Assembly (NCBI GenBank): GCA_000092065.1
Contig: CP000600.1
Strand: one strand, 5' to 3'
DNA: 64,000 nucleotides
Origin: Ostreococcus lucimarinus
Taxonomy: Eukaryota
This document shows positions 1 to 10,073 of the stretch, in pieces. Each line of letters starts with the position of its first letter. Within the stretch, counting starts at the first letter, position 1. A program made the translations under genes and the position numbers. The notes under the pieces were generated by a model. The model made no database searches. It was not told the origin of the DNA and was given only the letters and a program-made list of their open reading frames with translations.

Positions 1-1540
1 CGGAGACTAAGGCGAGCATGTCTGGCGAATCCAAACGAGTGAGATAGTTCCAACCCGCGCGAATCTTCCGCAAGGGGCGCATGACGAGCGCGAACGCTCC
101 AGCGAACGATCCAAAGAAGACGTCCAAAACGGTGACGAACAAACTCTTCTTCTTCCTCTTCTTCGCATTCTCCTCCATTTCGTCGTCGTCGACGGGTACG
201 CTGCGCTCTTTCGCTTTTTTAGCGCGCGCGATTCTCTTCTCGACGTCTTCGGGAGTAATCTTCACCAAACTCGACGCCAAGACGAGCATCTGTCCTGGGA
301 GCGCCGCGGCACCGATGCTCGCCGCGAGCTCGAACAGCGCTCGGAAGATGACGGATATGAACGTCAATACCGCGGGAAACTCTGTCGTGGCATCCGCAAA
401 GTTACCGACGAAGATTTCCTTCAAAGGCGTGGCGCCGATGAGAACACCCGCGATGATGCCCAGCAGCGGCGGGTTCAACAATTCTTTGCCGATGCGCGCC
501 ATCGTCGCCTTTGCGGTCAAAAATGCATCACGCAACGCGTCCTTCTTCTCGCCATCTTTGCTCAAACCCGCCACCGCGACGGGTCCAGCGATTAACAAGA
601 AACCGACCGTCCAAAGCACTGGCGTCCAACCGATGAGATAGAGAGCGATGTATCCCGCCGTTTCGTCCGCGCGCGCGCGGCCAAGGACTTCCGTCAAAAA
701 TACCAGAGGAAGTGTGAACGTGTTCCCGAAAGAGCACGCGGCGATGCCTAGGCGCGACATGTCTCTCTTCTCTCGCTCGAGCTTAATCTCCTCTTCCTCG
801 TCCAAGTCTTCTTCTTCCCGCGTGTGCGACGACGCGTACGCGTGAAAGCGGTTGACGAAGTACGTGACGCCGACGCCGATGATGGATCCAAATATGACTT
901 GTGCCATCGCACTTATCGGTAAGATGGCCAACGCTTTGGTGAGAGGAGACAAATACAGCGTCGCCGCGACGCGCGTGCACAGATACGCGGGCAGCATGAC
1001 GTTGAACGCGAGCTTGGAGACGACGACGGGCGTCTCGAGCGGAAGCTTACCCTCGCGCATCAAACCCGTGATCACGGCGCACAACGCGACGACTTTAAAC
1101 GTCGCCGTCGACGTCGCGCGCATGATCCGTAAATCCAATCCAACGTTCGACGTCAACGCCTCGTACGCCGACACCGCGGTGTCCAAAGGTTCGAAATACG
1201 AGCACAACCATCCGACGAATTTAGGATACGCCGCGAGAAAGACAAAAATCGCGCCGAGCATAAACAAGCTCCGCGTCCACGTCGTCGCGCGCGTGTCCGT
1301 CTCCGCCCCGAACACTCGTCTCGACACTTTATTCCGCTCGCTCTTCTCCTCGCGCTCTCGAGCCTCCATCTCTTCCTCCGTCTCGTCGTCGTCGTCCGTC
1401 GAAGGCTCGCGTTCCGCCGTCTCCGCCGTCTCCGCCTCCTCGCTCTCCTCGCGCATCGCCGCCGCCGCCGCCGCCGCCGCGTCCATCGCGTTGGCAGAGG
1501 CGTCGCCTCGCGTCGTCTCTCTCGCGTCGCCGTCGTCCAT
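1..1540 (-). CDS. Membrane transport protein of the auxin-efflux-carrier / AEC (Mem_trans, PIN-LIKES-like) family; C-terminus truncated by window start
   Basis: Not in the ORF track because there is no stop inside the window. Manual minus-strand translation from ATG at 1540 gives MDDGDARETTRGDASANAMDAAAAAAAAMREESEEAE..., an acidic low-complexity N-terminus. Hydrophobic blocks follow (LFMLGAIFVFLAAYPKFVGW, AILPISAMAQVIFGSIIGVGVTYFVN, IALYLIGWTPVLWTVGFLLIAGP, LLGIIAGVLIGATPL), separated by a charged central loop, i.e. a 5+5 TM layout. High GC3 in this frame only. Confidence 0.5.
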   Translation of the reverse strand, partial: MDDGDARETTRGDASANAMDAAAAAAAAMREESEEAETAETAEREPSTDDDDETEEEMEAREREEKSERNKVSRRVFGAETDTRATTWTRSLFMLGAIFVFLAAYPKFVGWLCSYFEPLDTAVSAYEALTSNVGLDLRIMRATSTATFKVVALCAVITGLMREGKLPLETPVVVSKLAFNVMLPAYLCTRVAATLYLSPLTKALAILPISAMAQVIFGSIIGVGVTYFVNRFHAYASSHTREEEDLDEEEEIKLEREKRDMSRLGIAACSFGNTFTLPLVFLTEVLGRARADETAGYIALYLIGWTPVLWTVGFLLIAGPVAVAGLSKDGEKKDALRDAFLTAKATMARIGKELLNPPLLGIIAGVLIGATPLKEIFVGNFADATTEFPAVLTFISVIFRALFELAASIGAAALPGQMLVLASSLVKITPEDVEKRIARAKKAKERSVPVDDDEMEENAKKRKKKSLFVTVLDVFFGSFAGAFALVMRPLRKIRAGWNYLTRLDSPDMLALVS

Positions 1541-2060
1541 CGCCCTCGCGACCCATCCTCGCGTCTCCGCGCGCGTCCCGAACCCGTCCCGCGCGCGCGT
1601 CCCCACCCCTCGCGCCCCCCTTGCGCGCGCCCGCGCCGCGCCCGCCGTCCCGCGCGCCCCTGGCGCGTCCCGCGCGCGCTTTCGCGCGCCTCCCGCGCGC
1701 GCGATCGCGCGCGCGCGCGTCCGCGCCGTCGTCGTCGCGCGCATCGCCCGCGTCCGTCCCGTTCGCGCGTCCTTTTTCGCGCCGCGCGCGCGTCGCGCGT
1801 CCGCTCGACCCGCGCGGCGCTTCGCGCGCGGTCGCCGGTCCGTCGCGCGCGCGCGCTCGCTCGCGCGCCGCCGTGCGGTCGACGCGCGCGCGAATCCGCG
1901 TCGAGGGACGCGTCGGGACGCGTCTTCGTATGGGTAAACAGTCAGACGACGACGACGCACACAACAATCGTCTTATCCGATGCGTCGCGTCGTCGCTCGA
2001 CGCGCCGCCGACGCCGGCGACACACGGCGACGCGCGACGACGACGACGCCGACGACGACG
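1541..2060. repeat. (CG)n / GC-rich low-complexity tract between divergent genes
   Basis: About 500 bp dominated by cgcgcgcg and cgtc/gcgc repeats. It yields R/A-rich ORFs in all six frames. It lies between the start codons of the minus-strand transporter gene and the plus-strand gene at 2061. Confidence 0.6.
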
Positions 2061-2741
2061 ATGCGCGCGCTCGCGGTGCGCGCGACGCCGACGGCGCGTC
2101 GAGCGACGACGCGACGCGCGAACGATAACGAAGGTGGCGCGCGACGTCGGCATGGCGACGGACGACGCGCGACGACGACGCGCGCGCGCGCGAACGAACG
2201 CGCGGAGGCGATGACGATCGCGGACAGGGCGCGCGCGATCGCGATCACGGCGATGACGACGGTGAGCGCGGCGGGCGCGGCGCGGGCGGACGCGCAAGAG
2301 GTGCAGGATTATCTCTTGGCGTTTTGGAAGTTTCGCACGGCGGACACGACGAGCTTTTTGTTGTACACGGTGGCGCCGATCATGGTGCCGTACGCGGTGT
2401 TCGCGGTGCTGATCAAGCGAAAGACGGAGGCGCAGCTGGAAAAGTTGGAGGGCGGGGGTTGGATCGCGTTCATGGCGGAGCGGGGACTGGACGCGAAGAC
2501 GCTCGAGCTGCCGCAGTTGAACGCGTTTTGCAAGGCGGCGGACGCGGGGGTGCTGGATGACGCCATGGTGACGGAGTTCGTTCGTAAGCTGAAGTTGAGC
2601 GAACAGTGGAAGAAGAGCACGATCGCGATCGATGACACTCGCGCGGAGGAAGCGAAGAAGCGCGCGCGCGCGGAGGCTATTCTGGAGGCGAAGCGCGCGC
2701 GAGGCGACTTTGAAAAGTCCAAGGAAGAATCCTCCGTGTAG
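2061..2741 (+). CDS. Hypothetical organelle-targeted single-TM protein
   Basis: Internal ATG (MRALAVRATPTARRATTRRA, transit-peptide-like) of track ORF 1980..2741. The C-terminal 170 aa have normal composition. There is one hydrophobic helix (FLLYTVAPIMVPYAVFAVLI) and a charged C-terminal coiled region. No family recognised. Confidence 0.4.
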   Translation: MRALAVRATPTARRATTRRANDNEGGARRRHGDGRRATTTRARANERAEAMTIADRARAIAITAMTTVSAAGAARADAQEVQDYLLAFWKFRTADTTSFLLYTVAPIMVPYAVFAVLIKRKTEAQLEKLEGGGWIAFMAERGLDAKTLELPQLNAFCKAADAGVLDDAMVTEFVRKLKLSEQWKKSTIAIDDTRAEEAKKRARAEAILEAKRARGDFEKSKEESSV

Positions 2742-2861
2742 TCACGACGCCGCGAGTTTGCGCGCGCGCGACGCGGAGGCGTCGAAACGCGCCTGCGCTC
2801 ATCCTTTCGTCATTACGGATTTAATACACGACAAACCTTAAAGATCAATCAACGCTACAAA

Positions 2862-4790
2862 TCACAAATCGCCGTTCAGTCGAGCCGCCTCGACTTCCTT
2901 ACGAATCGTCGCCGGCGTCCACGGCTCGTAGCCCGGTCGCGTCTCGCCGGACACGAGCGCGCGCGCGCGCGCCATGTCTTGCCCGTAACCTAACTTTCGC
3001 AGCGCTTCCATAGTTTCGTTGTGGGACGAGCTTCTGGCTTCTGGCGTGAACGACATCTTTTGCCGCCGATAGCTCCATATGCCGACGCCGAGGGCGATCA
3101 TCACCGCCAGCGGCTGAAACCAAGGATTTTCGCCGAGTAAACTGGCCGGGGCGGCGACGTACATCGCACTTTCGTACACAAACACTGCACCTTCGTCGGG
3201 GTGGCTGATGACTATTTGGCTTTCGCCGTCGGACGCGATCACCGGCGCGTACTCGCCCGCCGTCGTCGGCGTCACGCCTTCGTCCGCAAGCTGCCAACGA
3301 TTGCTCGAGTGCAGCACGCGCTTAGCTATCTTCGTGTTGGTGATGTTTAAAATCTCCAATCCAGCATTCATGGCGACGACGACATAGCCTCTGAGGGCGG
3401 CGATCGTGGTGACGGATACTCGAGACTCGTGTGTCTCTGCGCCGCTGTAAATAACACACCCGGTCCTCGGCCCATCCAGGGCGACGAAACCCGAGATCAC
3501 GTGACCTTCGGTCGTGATACCCGTCAATCTCGAGCTCATTCGTGGATCAAACGTGGCGCTGGCGATGTCGTAGCGCATTAAACCATCGCACGCATACGAT
3601 TTGGTCGTAAACGCGTTGATGTCGGCGTACGCGACGCCTCGTCGAGTGAGCGCGACGACGGCTTTGTTGTACGGACGAAACGCGAAAACCTTGGAACCGG
3701 CGGAGAACACGCCGTGGACGTTCGCAAAATTACCCAGCGAGGGCAGGAAAACGACGACGCGACCGTCAGTGTCCGCCGCCGTGACGTATCGCTTACCCAT
3801 GATGCGATACATTCCCAACGCCTCGACCGGAAAGCTCTCCTCCACGTGTTCTAACGCCCCAGACGACGATGACGACGCCCGAGACGTTTTACCGAGCTCC
3901 CGAAGTTTCACTCTATACTTCGCATTCGCTTCCCGCACCGTCATCGCGGCGAGTGAAGACGCTCGCAAGGTGTAATCTGTTGGAAACGCGTCCGCGTCCG
4001 GGCCGACGTTTTCGACGACTTCTTGTTCAATCTTCGTGAACGCAACCGTGCCGTCGTCGTGCCCGGTGACCAACACCGTTGTGTTCAGAGCCAATAAATA
4101 CGCCGTCATCGATCGCACGCTCGCCGAGGTGTTCGTCTGTACTTCGCACTCGGCGTCGCCCGTCTCAGTTCTCCGCACCACGATTCGCCCGAATTCGTCG
4201 CCCGTTGCGTAATATCTCGCCTTACGCGCCTTCCCGTTTCTAAAAGGGAGCACGTGCACCGCAGTCACCTTGGTACTCACCCGCGCCGCGGACACACGAT
4301 CGAACGCGTCTGAAAACGTCTTCGAGCGTTTCGATTCCCCCGCGAGCGCCGCGCGCACGTGTTCCTCCGCCGCGCGACGTATTTCCTCCAGCGTCAATTC
4401 GCCCGACACGGGCATCGAGCTCGACGCCACGCGCTTCGAATCACCGTCGAAACTCATCTCGTCGTCCTTCGTCGGACCTCCGGCGTCGCATCGCGTCTCG
4501 TCCGTCGCCGCGACGCCCGGCGTCTTCACCAATCCGCCCATCCTCTTCAACGCCCGCTCCGCGCCGTGCACCGCCTTCCCGAGCGCCGTCGACGCCTCTT
4601 TCGCCTCTTGAAGCGCATGTCGCAGCGTCGAGAGTTCATCGCGAAGCGCGCGCGCGGCGGCGTCGGCGTCTTTCGCCGAGGTGCTTTCGCAACGACTCGA
4701 CCAACACGCGAGCGCGAGCGCGACGCACGCGACGAAGCGAGACGACGCGCGCGCGAACGGGCGTCGACGGCGCATTCTCTCTCGCGGCAT
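2862..4790 (-). CDS. Hypothetical type-I membrane protein with N-terminal signal peptide, beta-rich (propeller-like) ectodomain and C-terminal TM anchor
   Basis: Track ORF of 642 aa. N-terminal hydrophobic signal (FVACVALALACWS). Long non-repetitive body. One TM near the C-terminus (PLAVMIALGVGIWSYRRQK). Normal amino-acid composition, unlike the antisense frames. Confidence 0.55.
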   Translation of the reverse strand: MPRERMRRRRPFARASSRFVACVALALACWSSRCESTSAKDADAAARALRDELSTLRHALQEAKEASTALGKAVHGAERALKRMGGLVKTPGVAATDETRCDAGGPTKDDEMSFDGDSKRVASSSMPVSGELTLEEIRRAAEEHVRAALAGESKRSKTFSDAFDRVSAARVSTKVTAVHVLPFRNGKARKARYYATGDEFGRIVVRRTETGDAECEVQTNTSASVRSMTAYLLALNTTVLVTGHDDGTVAFTKIEQEVVENVGPDADAFPTDYTLRASSLAAMTVREANAKYRVKLRELGKTSRASSSSSGALEHVEESFPVEALGMYRIMGKRYVTAADTDGRVVVFLPSLGNFANVHGVFSAGSKVFAFRPYNKAVVALTRRGVAYADINAFTTKSYACDGLMRYDIASATFDPRMSSRLTGITTEGHVISGFVALDGPRTGCVIYSGAETHESRVSVTTIAALRGYVVVAMNAGLEILNITNTKIAKRVLHSSNRWQLADEGVTPTTAGEYAPVIASDGESQIVISHPDEGAVFVYESAMYVAAPASLLGENPWFQPLAVMIALGVGIWSYRRQKMSFTPEARSSSHNETMEALRKLGYGQDMARARALVSGETRPGYEPWTPATIRKEVEAARLNGDL

Positions 4791-5004
4791 CGACGCGATC
4801 GCGCGCGCGCGATGCGACGGCGGTCGAGCGACGGGCGCGCGTCGCGTCGTCGTGTGGCGCGAGTCGACGAAACCGACGCGAAGGCGAAGCGCGCGCGCGG
4901 CGACGAGCTTGACATTCGATTCGAGAGCATAATTTTAAACGTTTAGCGCGCGTGAACGCGCGAGGCGCTCTGGGAAGACGCGGTCGAGCGAAAGAGCGAA
5001 TTCC

Positions 5005-5519
5005 TCACGACGCGCCGCCGCCTTCGCGTTGCTCTCGATCCAACGCCTCGGGAACCCAAACCTGGCTCAGTAACCTGAACGACGGCCCGTATTGCAATCC
5101 AGCCTTGAGCATGCCTTGATACAGCACCGTCGGGTCTCTCGGCACCGTGCACCGCGCGCGCATGATGTCGCTCGAGTTCATGTCGTAATTCGAGTCTTGC
5201 TCGGCTTGGTGTCGCGCCTGCGATTCGCGCGAGACGCGCAAAGTCAGTCAGTCCCCGAACGCCCGCGCGCGTCCGAATCACGCACGATCGCCACCAGCTT
5301 TTTCAACGCCTCCTGCATCGCGCCCGTGTCCTCGCCCAGGAGCGCCTTCGCCAGCGCCTCGTCGCGCTCGATGTCCTTCAGCTTTTCCTGGTCCTCGAGC
5401 AGCGCCTCTCGAAACGCCACCGGGTCTTTCGCCGTGTCGTCCTCGTTCAGCGCGTACGGCCCCTCGCCCAGGCCGTATCGCGGTTTTTCGCCCTCCTCGC
5501 GCGCTCGCTCGCTCGCCAT
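5005..5519 (-). CDS. Hypothetical small acidic protein, two exons (join 5286..5519, 5005..5217 on minus strand)
   Basis: ORFs 5244..5519 and 5005..5241 are adjacent but in different frames. They are reconciled by a 68-nt intron (5218..5285) with GTGCGT donor, gggACTGACtgac branch and cgcgaatcgCAG acceptor. ATG at 5519 sits in a CCATGG context. Both exons show coding-like GC3. Confidence 0.4.
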
Positions 5520-5630
5520 GGCGCGCGCGCGTCGCTCAGTGCCGCGCGTCGCCGCCGCGCGCGGTCTCGAAACGCCTAAAAAACGCCTCCCCTATGCGCA
5601 AACAGTCACGCGGTCGTCACTTCGCGCGCG

Positions 5631-6155
5631 ATGGCGCCCCCGAGCAAGGCGTGCGCGACGCGGCTCACGCGCGAGCTCAGGCAGTTCCGCGCCGCGCCGC
5701 CGCCGCTCGCGCCCAGGGTGCACGTCGACGACGGCGACCTCCTCGAGTGGTTCGTCCTGATCCAGGGCGCGCACGACACGCCGTACGAGCGCGGTTGGTA
5801 CGTGATGAAGATTAAGTTCAAGCCGACGTATCCGTTCGCGGCGCCCGCTGTGAGCGTTCTGACGCCGAACGGACGGTTCGCGGAGAATCAGTCGATATGC
5901 ATGTCGATGACGGAGTGGCATCAGGAGAGCTGGAACCCGGCGTGGTCGTCGCAGGCGATCGTGACGGGATTCATCAGTTTCATGAGCGCAAACGAGCACA
6001 CGAGCGGAGGGGTGCGGACGACGGACGAGGAGAAGAAGCGATTGGCGGCGGCGTCGCTGGCGTGGAACGCGGCGCAGCCAGGATTGGTGAAGAAGTTTCC
6101 AGAGCTGGCGGACGCGGAAGCGATGAAGGCGTTGGAGACGGCGAAGCCGAGGTGA
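5631..6155 (+). CDS. Ubiquitin-conjugating enzyme E2, UBC6/UBE2J-like (non-canonical ER-type E2)
   Basis: Track ORF starting at a true ATG. The UBC core carries the TPNGRFAENQSICMSMTEWHQESWNPAWS motif, diagnostic of UBC6/E2-J enzymes. Length 174 aa. Confidence 0.85.
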   Translation: MAPPSKACATRLTRELRQFRAAPPPLAPRVHVDDGDLLEWFVLIQGAHDTPYERGWYVMKIKFKPTYPFAAPAVSVLTPNGRFAENQSICMSMTEWHQESWNPAWSSQAIVTGFISFMSANEHTSGGVRTTDEEKKRLAAASLAWNAAQPGLVKKFPELADAEAMKALETAKPR

Positions 6156-6262
6156 CGACGCGAGGCGAGACGCGCGAGACGCGCGGACGACGATACGATA
6201 GCCAAGTAGTGAACACGCAAACAATACAGGATGGTACAGTACATTAAACAAACAAATCCTAT

Positions 6263-7699
6263 CTACGATATGAAGTCGCGTAAGACGTCGATGAACGCCT
6301 CTGGGCTTTCTTCGTGCGGCATGTGTCCACATTTAGGAAGGATGCGAAGCTCGCAGTTTAATAACTTGGCGAGCGTTCGCGAATTACTCGCGGGAACGAT
6401 GACGTCGTTCTCGCCGTGGACGATCAGAATCTTCGCACCGCTCTCGACGAGGGCGTTTACGGCGTCTTCGCGCTCTAACGTCGAGGGCTGCGTCGTCGCG
6501 CGAGCGCGCGCCATGGCGTCTCGCCAAATTTCGCGCGGCGAACTCGCGGCGACGACGGAGGCTAAGACGACGCGAAACATCCCTACGTCCCAGTCTCGCA
6601 CGACGGATGGTTTGCGATACCCATCGATCCAGTCGCTCGCCATCGCGTCGACTCGCGAAGGATCTATCGCGGCGCGCAAACCTTTCGTCCAAAACTCTTT
6701 GCTGCGCACGAGCTTGCGCAAGAGGAGGATGAGAAACGGCTTCACGGCGCACGTCAGGCACCACGCCGCCGTCGCCGCAGCCGCCCCGACGGCGGCGAAC
6801 GCGACGCGCACGAACGTCGGGAGCGAAAGAGCGGCGTCATCGCCGGCGTCGTTCTTCCTGAGCTTGCCGCCGATTATCGCCGGCGCGACGAGAACGACGT
6901 AGTCCACTCCACCCTGCGCCGCGGCGAGCGCCGCGCCGACGGCGCCTAAACTGTGACCCATCAGCGTGAGCGAACGAGCCGCGGCGTCGCCGCCGACCTC
7001 GCGCGCGATCGCTCGACACGCTTTCGCGTCGCTCGCGCGCGTGTACTTTTTCACGTCCCTCGGCCGCGCCGTCAATCCGAACCCGCACGAATCGTGCGCG
7101 ACGACTTCGGCGTCCAGCGCCTCGCTCGCGCGTCGCATCGTATCGCTCGTCGTCCACGACGACGCGTTCGCCCCGAATCCGTGCATGCACTCGATGAAAC
7201 GCTTCGCGTTCGCCCGTCTTGCGCGCTTATAGTGCACCTCCACGCCGTCGACGTCCAAAAACTCACCATCCGCGTCCGCCGCCTCTCGCGGCGACACGAG
7301 CGCCTCGGCGTACCGCCGCTCGACGAACACCGCGCGCGCGACCGCGTACGCCGCGATCGCGACCGCGACCGTCGCGAGCGGCGGCGTCGCCGCGCGCGCC
7401 GCGCTCGCCGCCGCGCCCGCCGCCGCCGCCGCCGCGCACGCGCACGCGCGCTCCGCCCTCGTGAGCTCGGGCGTCGCGTCCGAGTCCAAGTCGCGCGGCG
7501 CCGTCGTCGCGCCCGCGCGCGCGCGCGTCTCGCGCGTCTCGCGCGTCGCGCGCGGCGTCGAATTCGCGAAACGAAAAATCTGCGCGCGCGTCGACGTTCG
7601 CGTCGCCGCCGCCCGCGTCGTCGCGCGCGCGCGCGTCCGCGCGCGCGTCGTCGCCGCGACGCGCGTCCATCGCGCGCGCGCGCTTCGCGCGGCGTCCAT
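6263..7699 (-). CDS. Alpha/beta-hydrolase fold serine hydrolase (lipase/esterase-like), organelle-targeted with one TM
   Basis: Domain part of track ORF 6263..8011. GHSLGA nucleophile elbow. C-terminal HGENDVIVP...CGHMPHEE region typical of the fold. The start is reassigned to internal ATG 7699 (MDAARSARARW...). The region upstream is RARA low complexity and overlaps the HAD gene start. Confidence 0.75.
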   Translation of the reverse strand: MDAARSARARWTRVAATTRARTRARATTRAAATRTSTRAQIFRFANSTPRATRETRETRARAGATTAPRDLDSDATPELTRAERACACAAAAAAGAAASAARAATPPLATVAVAIAAYAVARAVFVERRYAEALVSPREAADADGEFLDVDGVEVHYKRARRANAKRFIECMHGFGANASSWTTSDTMRRASEALDAEVVAHDSCGFGLTARPRDVKKYTRASDAKACRAIAREVGGDAAARSLTLMGHSLGAVGAALAAAQGGVDYVVLVAPAIIGGKLRKNDAGDDAALSLPTFVRVAFAAVGAAAATAAWCLTCAVKPFLILLLRKLVRSKEFWTKGLRAAIDPSRVDAMASDWIDGYRKPSVVRDWDVGMFRVVLASVVAASSPREIWRDAMARARATTQPSTLEREDAVNALVESGAKILIVHGENDVIVPASNSRTLAKLLNCELRILPKCGHMPHEESPEAFIDVLRDFIS

Positions 7700-7739
7700 C
7701 GCGCGCGCGCGACGCGCTCTGCCGCACTCGACGACGCGC

Positions 7740-8732
7740 ATGGCGACCGCTCGAATCGCGCGCGTCGCGCCCGCGCGCGCCGACGCGCGCGCGAGGCGCG
7801 CGCGAGGCGCGCGCGCGTCGTCGACCGCGCCGTCGACGCCCGCGCGCGCGACGCGCCGACGCGCCGAGGCGCCGAGGCGCGACGAGAGGCTCGAGGTCAT
7901 CACGTTTGACCTCGACGACACGCTCTGGCCGACGACGCCCGTGGTGAACGCGGCGAACGAGGCGCTGATCGAGTGGTGCTCGGCGCGATTGGGAGGGCGG
8001 TTCCCGCGCACGGCGCGCGTGCACGCGACGATGAAACGGATCCGCGAGCAGCGGGAGTGCGAGGCGGCGGCGCGAGGGACGACGGCGGAACCGATGTCGT
8101 ACGCGGCGATACGAATCGCGGGAGCGACGCGGGCGGCGATCGAGTGCGGGATACCGGAGAGCGATGCGGTGGCGACGGTGGCGCGGGGGTATCACCTGGC
8201 GTGGATACCGATGCGGAACGCGATGGCGCGGGAGTTGGTGTATCCGGGCGCGGCGGAGGCGCTGCGAGCGATTCGCGAGCGCCATCCGGGGGTGGCCGTG
8301 GGATCGATCACGAATGGATTCGGCAGCGCCGCGGGCGCGGGGTTGGGAGAGTTTTTTGATTTTGAAATCTCCGCCGAGGCGCTGATCGATGAACACATGG
8401 TGCACGGAGAGATGGCGAGGAAGCCGAACGCGTACCCGTTTCAGCTCGCGATGGGCATCGCGATCGCGGATCATGGGTATTCGGGCGACGCCGATTCGTG
8501 GACGCACGTCGGCGACGATGTTCTGAACGATTGTTACTGCGCGAAACAGTTCGACTTCAAGACGGTGCACGTGTGCGATCCGACGACGAAACCGTACGAG
8601 AGCGGAGGGGGGGCGCCTTACGCGGAAAAGTCGCTTCGAGGAGGGGTCGAGGCGAACAGCGACGCGGTCGTGGACGGCGTCATCTCGCACGTGCGCGAAC
8701 TCCCCGAGCTCCTCGATCGATGGTACGTGTAG
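7740..8732 (+). CDS. HAD-superfamily (haloacid dehalogenase-like) hydrolase, organelle-targeted
   Basis: ITFDLDDTLW (DxDxT motif I) plus downstream HAD motifs. Start reassigned to ATG 7740 (MATARIARVAPA..., R/A/S-rich presequence). The track ORF N-extension starts with GTG. TGTAA polyA-signal-like motif sits 26 nt after the stop. Confidence 0.8.
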   Translation: MATARIARVAPARADARARRARGARASSTAPSTPARATRRRAEAPRRDERLEVITFDLDDTLWPTTPVVNAANEALIEWCSARLGGRFPRTARVHATMKRIREQRECEAAARGTTAEPMSYAAIRIAGATRAAIECGIPESDAVATVARGYHLAWIPMRNAMARELVYPGAAEALRAIRERHPGVAVGSITNGFGSAAGAGLGEFFDFEISAEALIDEHMVHGEMARKPNAYPFQLAMGIAIADHGYSGDADSWTHVGDDVLNDCYCAKQFDFKTVHVCDPTTKPYESGGGAPYAEKSLRGGVEANSDAVVDGVISHVRELPELLDRWYV

Positions 8733-8757
8733 TCGTCGCTCGAGATTGATTCTTTAT

Positions 8758-8762
8758 GTAAA
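8758..8762 (+). promoter_or_regulatory. TGTAA putative polyadenylation signal (green-algal type) downstream of HAD hydrolase gene
   Basis: UGUAA is the chlorophyte poly(A) signal. It occurs in an AT-richer 3' stretch right after the stop at 8730..8732. Confidence 0.35.
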
Positions 8763-8934
8763 ACATGCAAGCATTTATATTTTTGTCGTCCGGTAAAAAG
8801 TCGTTACAAGTCGATTTCTATTCGTTCACGCCGTCGCGTTCGCGTCGTCTCCTCGACGCGAATACAAACAGTCCTCCGCTCAACCCCTCGAGAACGAACA
8901 AGACACACGCCCAGTAACGGCGTACGCGATACAA

Positions 8935-9486
8935 TTATTCGCCCAACAAATCGTAGTCGTCCAATTTATCGTTGTACGCCGCCACTTTGCGTTTGATCTT
9001 ACTCGTGTCCACCCACGTGACGTAATCCTCCATATCTCGCGTAACGATGTATCCAGGATTACGCGTGACTTTCGCCCCCACGCGCACGTGCCCTTGTTCT
9101 ATGAACGTCGTCGCCTCTCGCAACGTCTCGCACATGCGCGCGCGAACCAAAACCGTCGCCAAGCGTCGTCGACAAAACGACGACGTCGACAACCGGTCGC
9201 ACAGCGTCAAAGACTTGGTCGACGGAATCGCACCAATATCGTACAATTTCGCCAACAAAGCCTCCGTCGTGTGCTGTCTCGTCTCATCTCGCGCGTCAAG
9301 TTTCTTCAACGCGTTCGCCAACTTCGTCACCGAACCGACCAACACGTTGAATCGCTTAAACTCGTCTCGATCTCGCAAGTGATACCTCCGAATCGTCGAC
9401 ACCTCTCGGTGCGAGTGTTCAGATTTCCACTGCAAGAAATCAACTTTTTTCAACAATTTACGTTCGTGATGCCGTAACTCCCGCAT
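8935..9486 (-). CDS. IMP3: U3 snoRNP protein IMP3 (ribosomal protein S4/S9 N-terminal plus S4 domain)
   Basis: Track ORF of 183 aa with true ATG. MRELRHHERKLLKKVDFLQWK... matches the IMP3 N-terminus. S4 RNA-binding region GHVRVGAKVTRNPGYIVT. Confidence 0.85.
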   Translation of the reverse strand: MRELRHHERKLLKKVDFLQWKSEHSHREVSTIRRYHLRDRDEFKRFNVLVGSVTKLANALKKLDARDETRQHTTEALLAKLYDIGAIPSTKSLTLCDRLSTSSFCRRRLATVLVRARMCETLREATTFIEQGHVRVGAKVTRNPGYIVTRDMEDYVTWVDTSKIKRKVAAYNDKLDDYDLLGE

Positions 9487-9689
9487 CGCGACTCCCTCTT
9501 ATCCTCCTCTTCGTCTCCTTCCTCCTAGCTCGCGCTTCGTCGTCGACCTCGCGCCGAAAGCCCTAACACAGATCTTCCCGCCCGACCTCGCCGACGTCTC
9601 GCGTTCGTTTCTCGTGACTTTGCTCGAGAATATTACTTAGAGCGCTGGCGCATCTTTCTGCGTTTACGCTTAAGTCTGCGCGTGCGTTT

Positions 9690-9990
9690 CTTGCGCCACT
9701 GCGTGCGTTCGCGCGTCGTCGTCGTCGTCGTCAGTCGTCGCGTTCGCGCGTTCGCGCGTTCGCGATCGATGCCGCGCTCGCGCGCGCGTCGCTCGCCGCG
9801 CGTCGCGCGCGCGCGTCGCGATCGAGCGACGAAAACGTTCTCGCCCTCGCGTCGTCGTCGTCGCGCACCTTGGCTCTCATGTAACCGTGTTCGCGGCGAG
9901 AACTGCGGCGGCCGCCGACGCCGCGCGCGAGGGTTCGCGTCGTGGTCCGTGTTGCGTCTTCGGTATCGCGGCCGCCCCCATGCCCTCGTC
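9690..9990. repeat. GC-rich (CGTCGTCG)n/(GCGCGC)n low-complexity tract in IMP3 upstream region
   Basis: Runs of cgtcgtcgtcgtcgtc and gcgcgcgcg. Only R-rich artefactual ORFs on both strands. Confidence 0.5.
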
Positions 9991-10073
9991 GACGAGACGT
10001 GCGGATCGTTCGCGGCGTGGTTCAAGCCGCAGTAGAGTCTGCAAGAGTTTTAACATCAATGTAATGCATATAT

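Noticed and set aside
1329-2297. Many long antisense or overlapping ORFs rich in R/A/G/D, which could be read as overlapping genes. Examples: 1329..2297-, 7263..8690-, 11632..12624-, 20466..21755-, 28485..29426-, 34296..35540-, 36712..37785-, 48219..49187-, 49490..50530-, 50595..52526-, 56128..57417-.
   Set aside because: At about 65% GC stop codons are rare in every frame. The translations are low-complexity (RRRR, GGGG, ARAR) and lack any domain. Each lies opposite or out of frame to a gene with clear homology and proper GC3 bias.
7739-7742. Apparent shared start codons at CATG, where a minus-strand ATG and a plus-strand ATG overlap by two bases. Sites: 7739-7742, 19078-19081, 28701-28706, 55174-55177, 56685-56688, 5517-5520, 42967-42970.
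   Set aside because: The preferred start context here is CCATGG, which is its own reverse complement. A real ATG therefore automatically creates an ATG on the other strand, which the ORF finder picks up because upstream frames are open. In each case only one partner is supported by homology. The true start of the other gene is a different ATG (for example hydrolase 7699, Era 19121, UvrB-UvrC about 56848).
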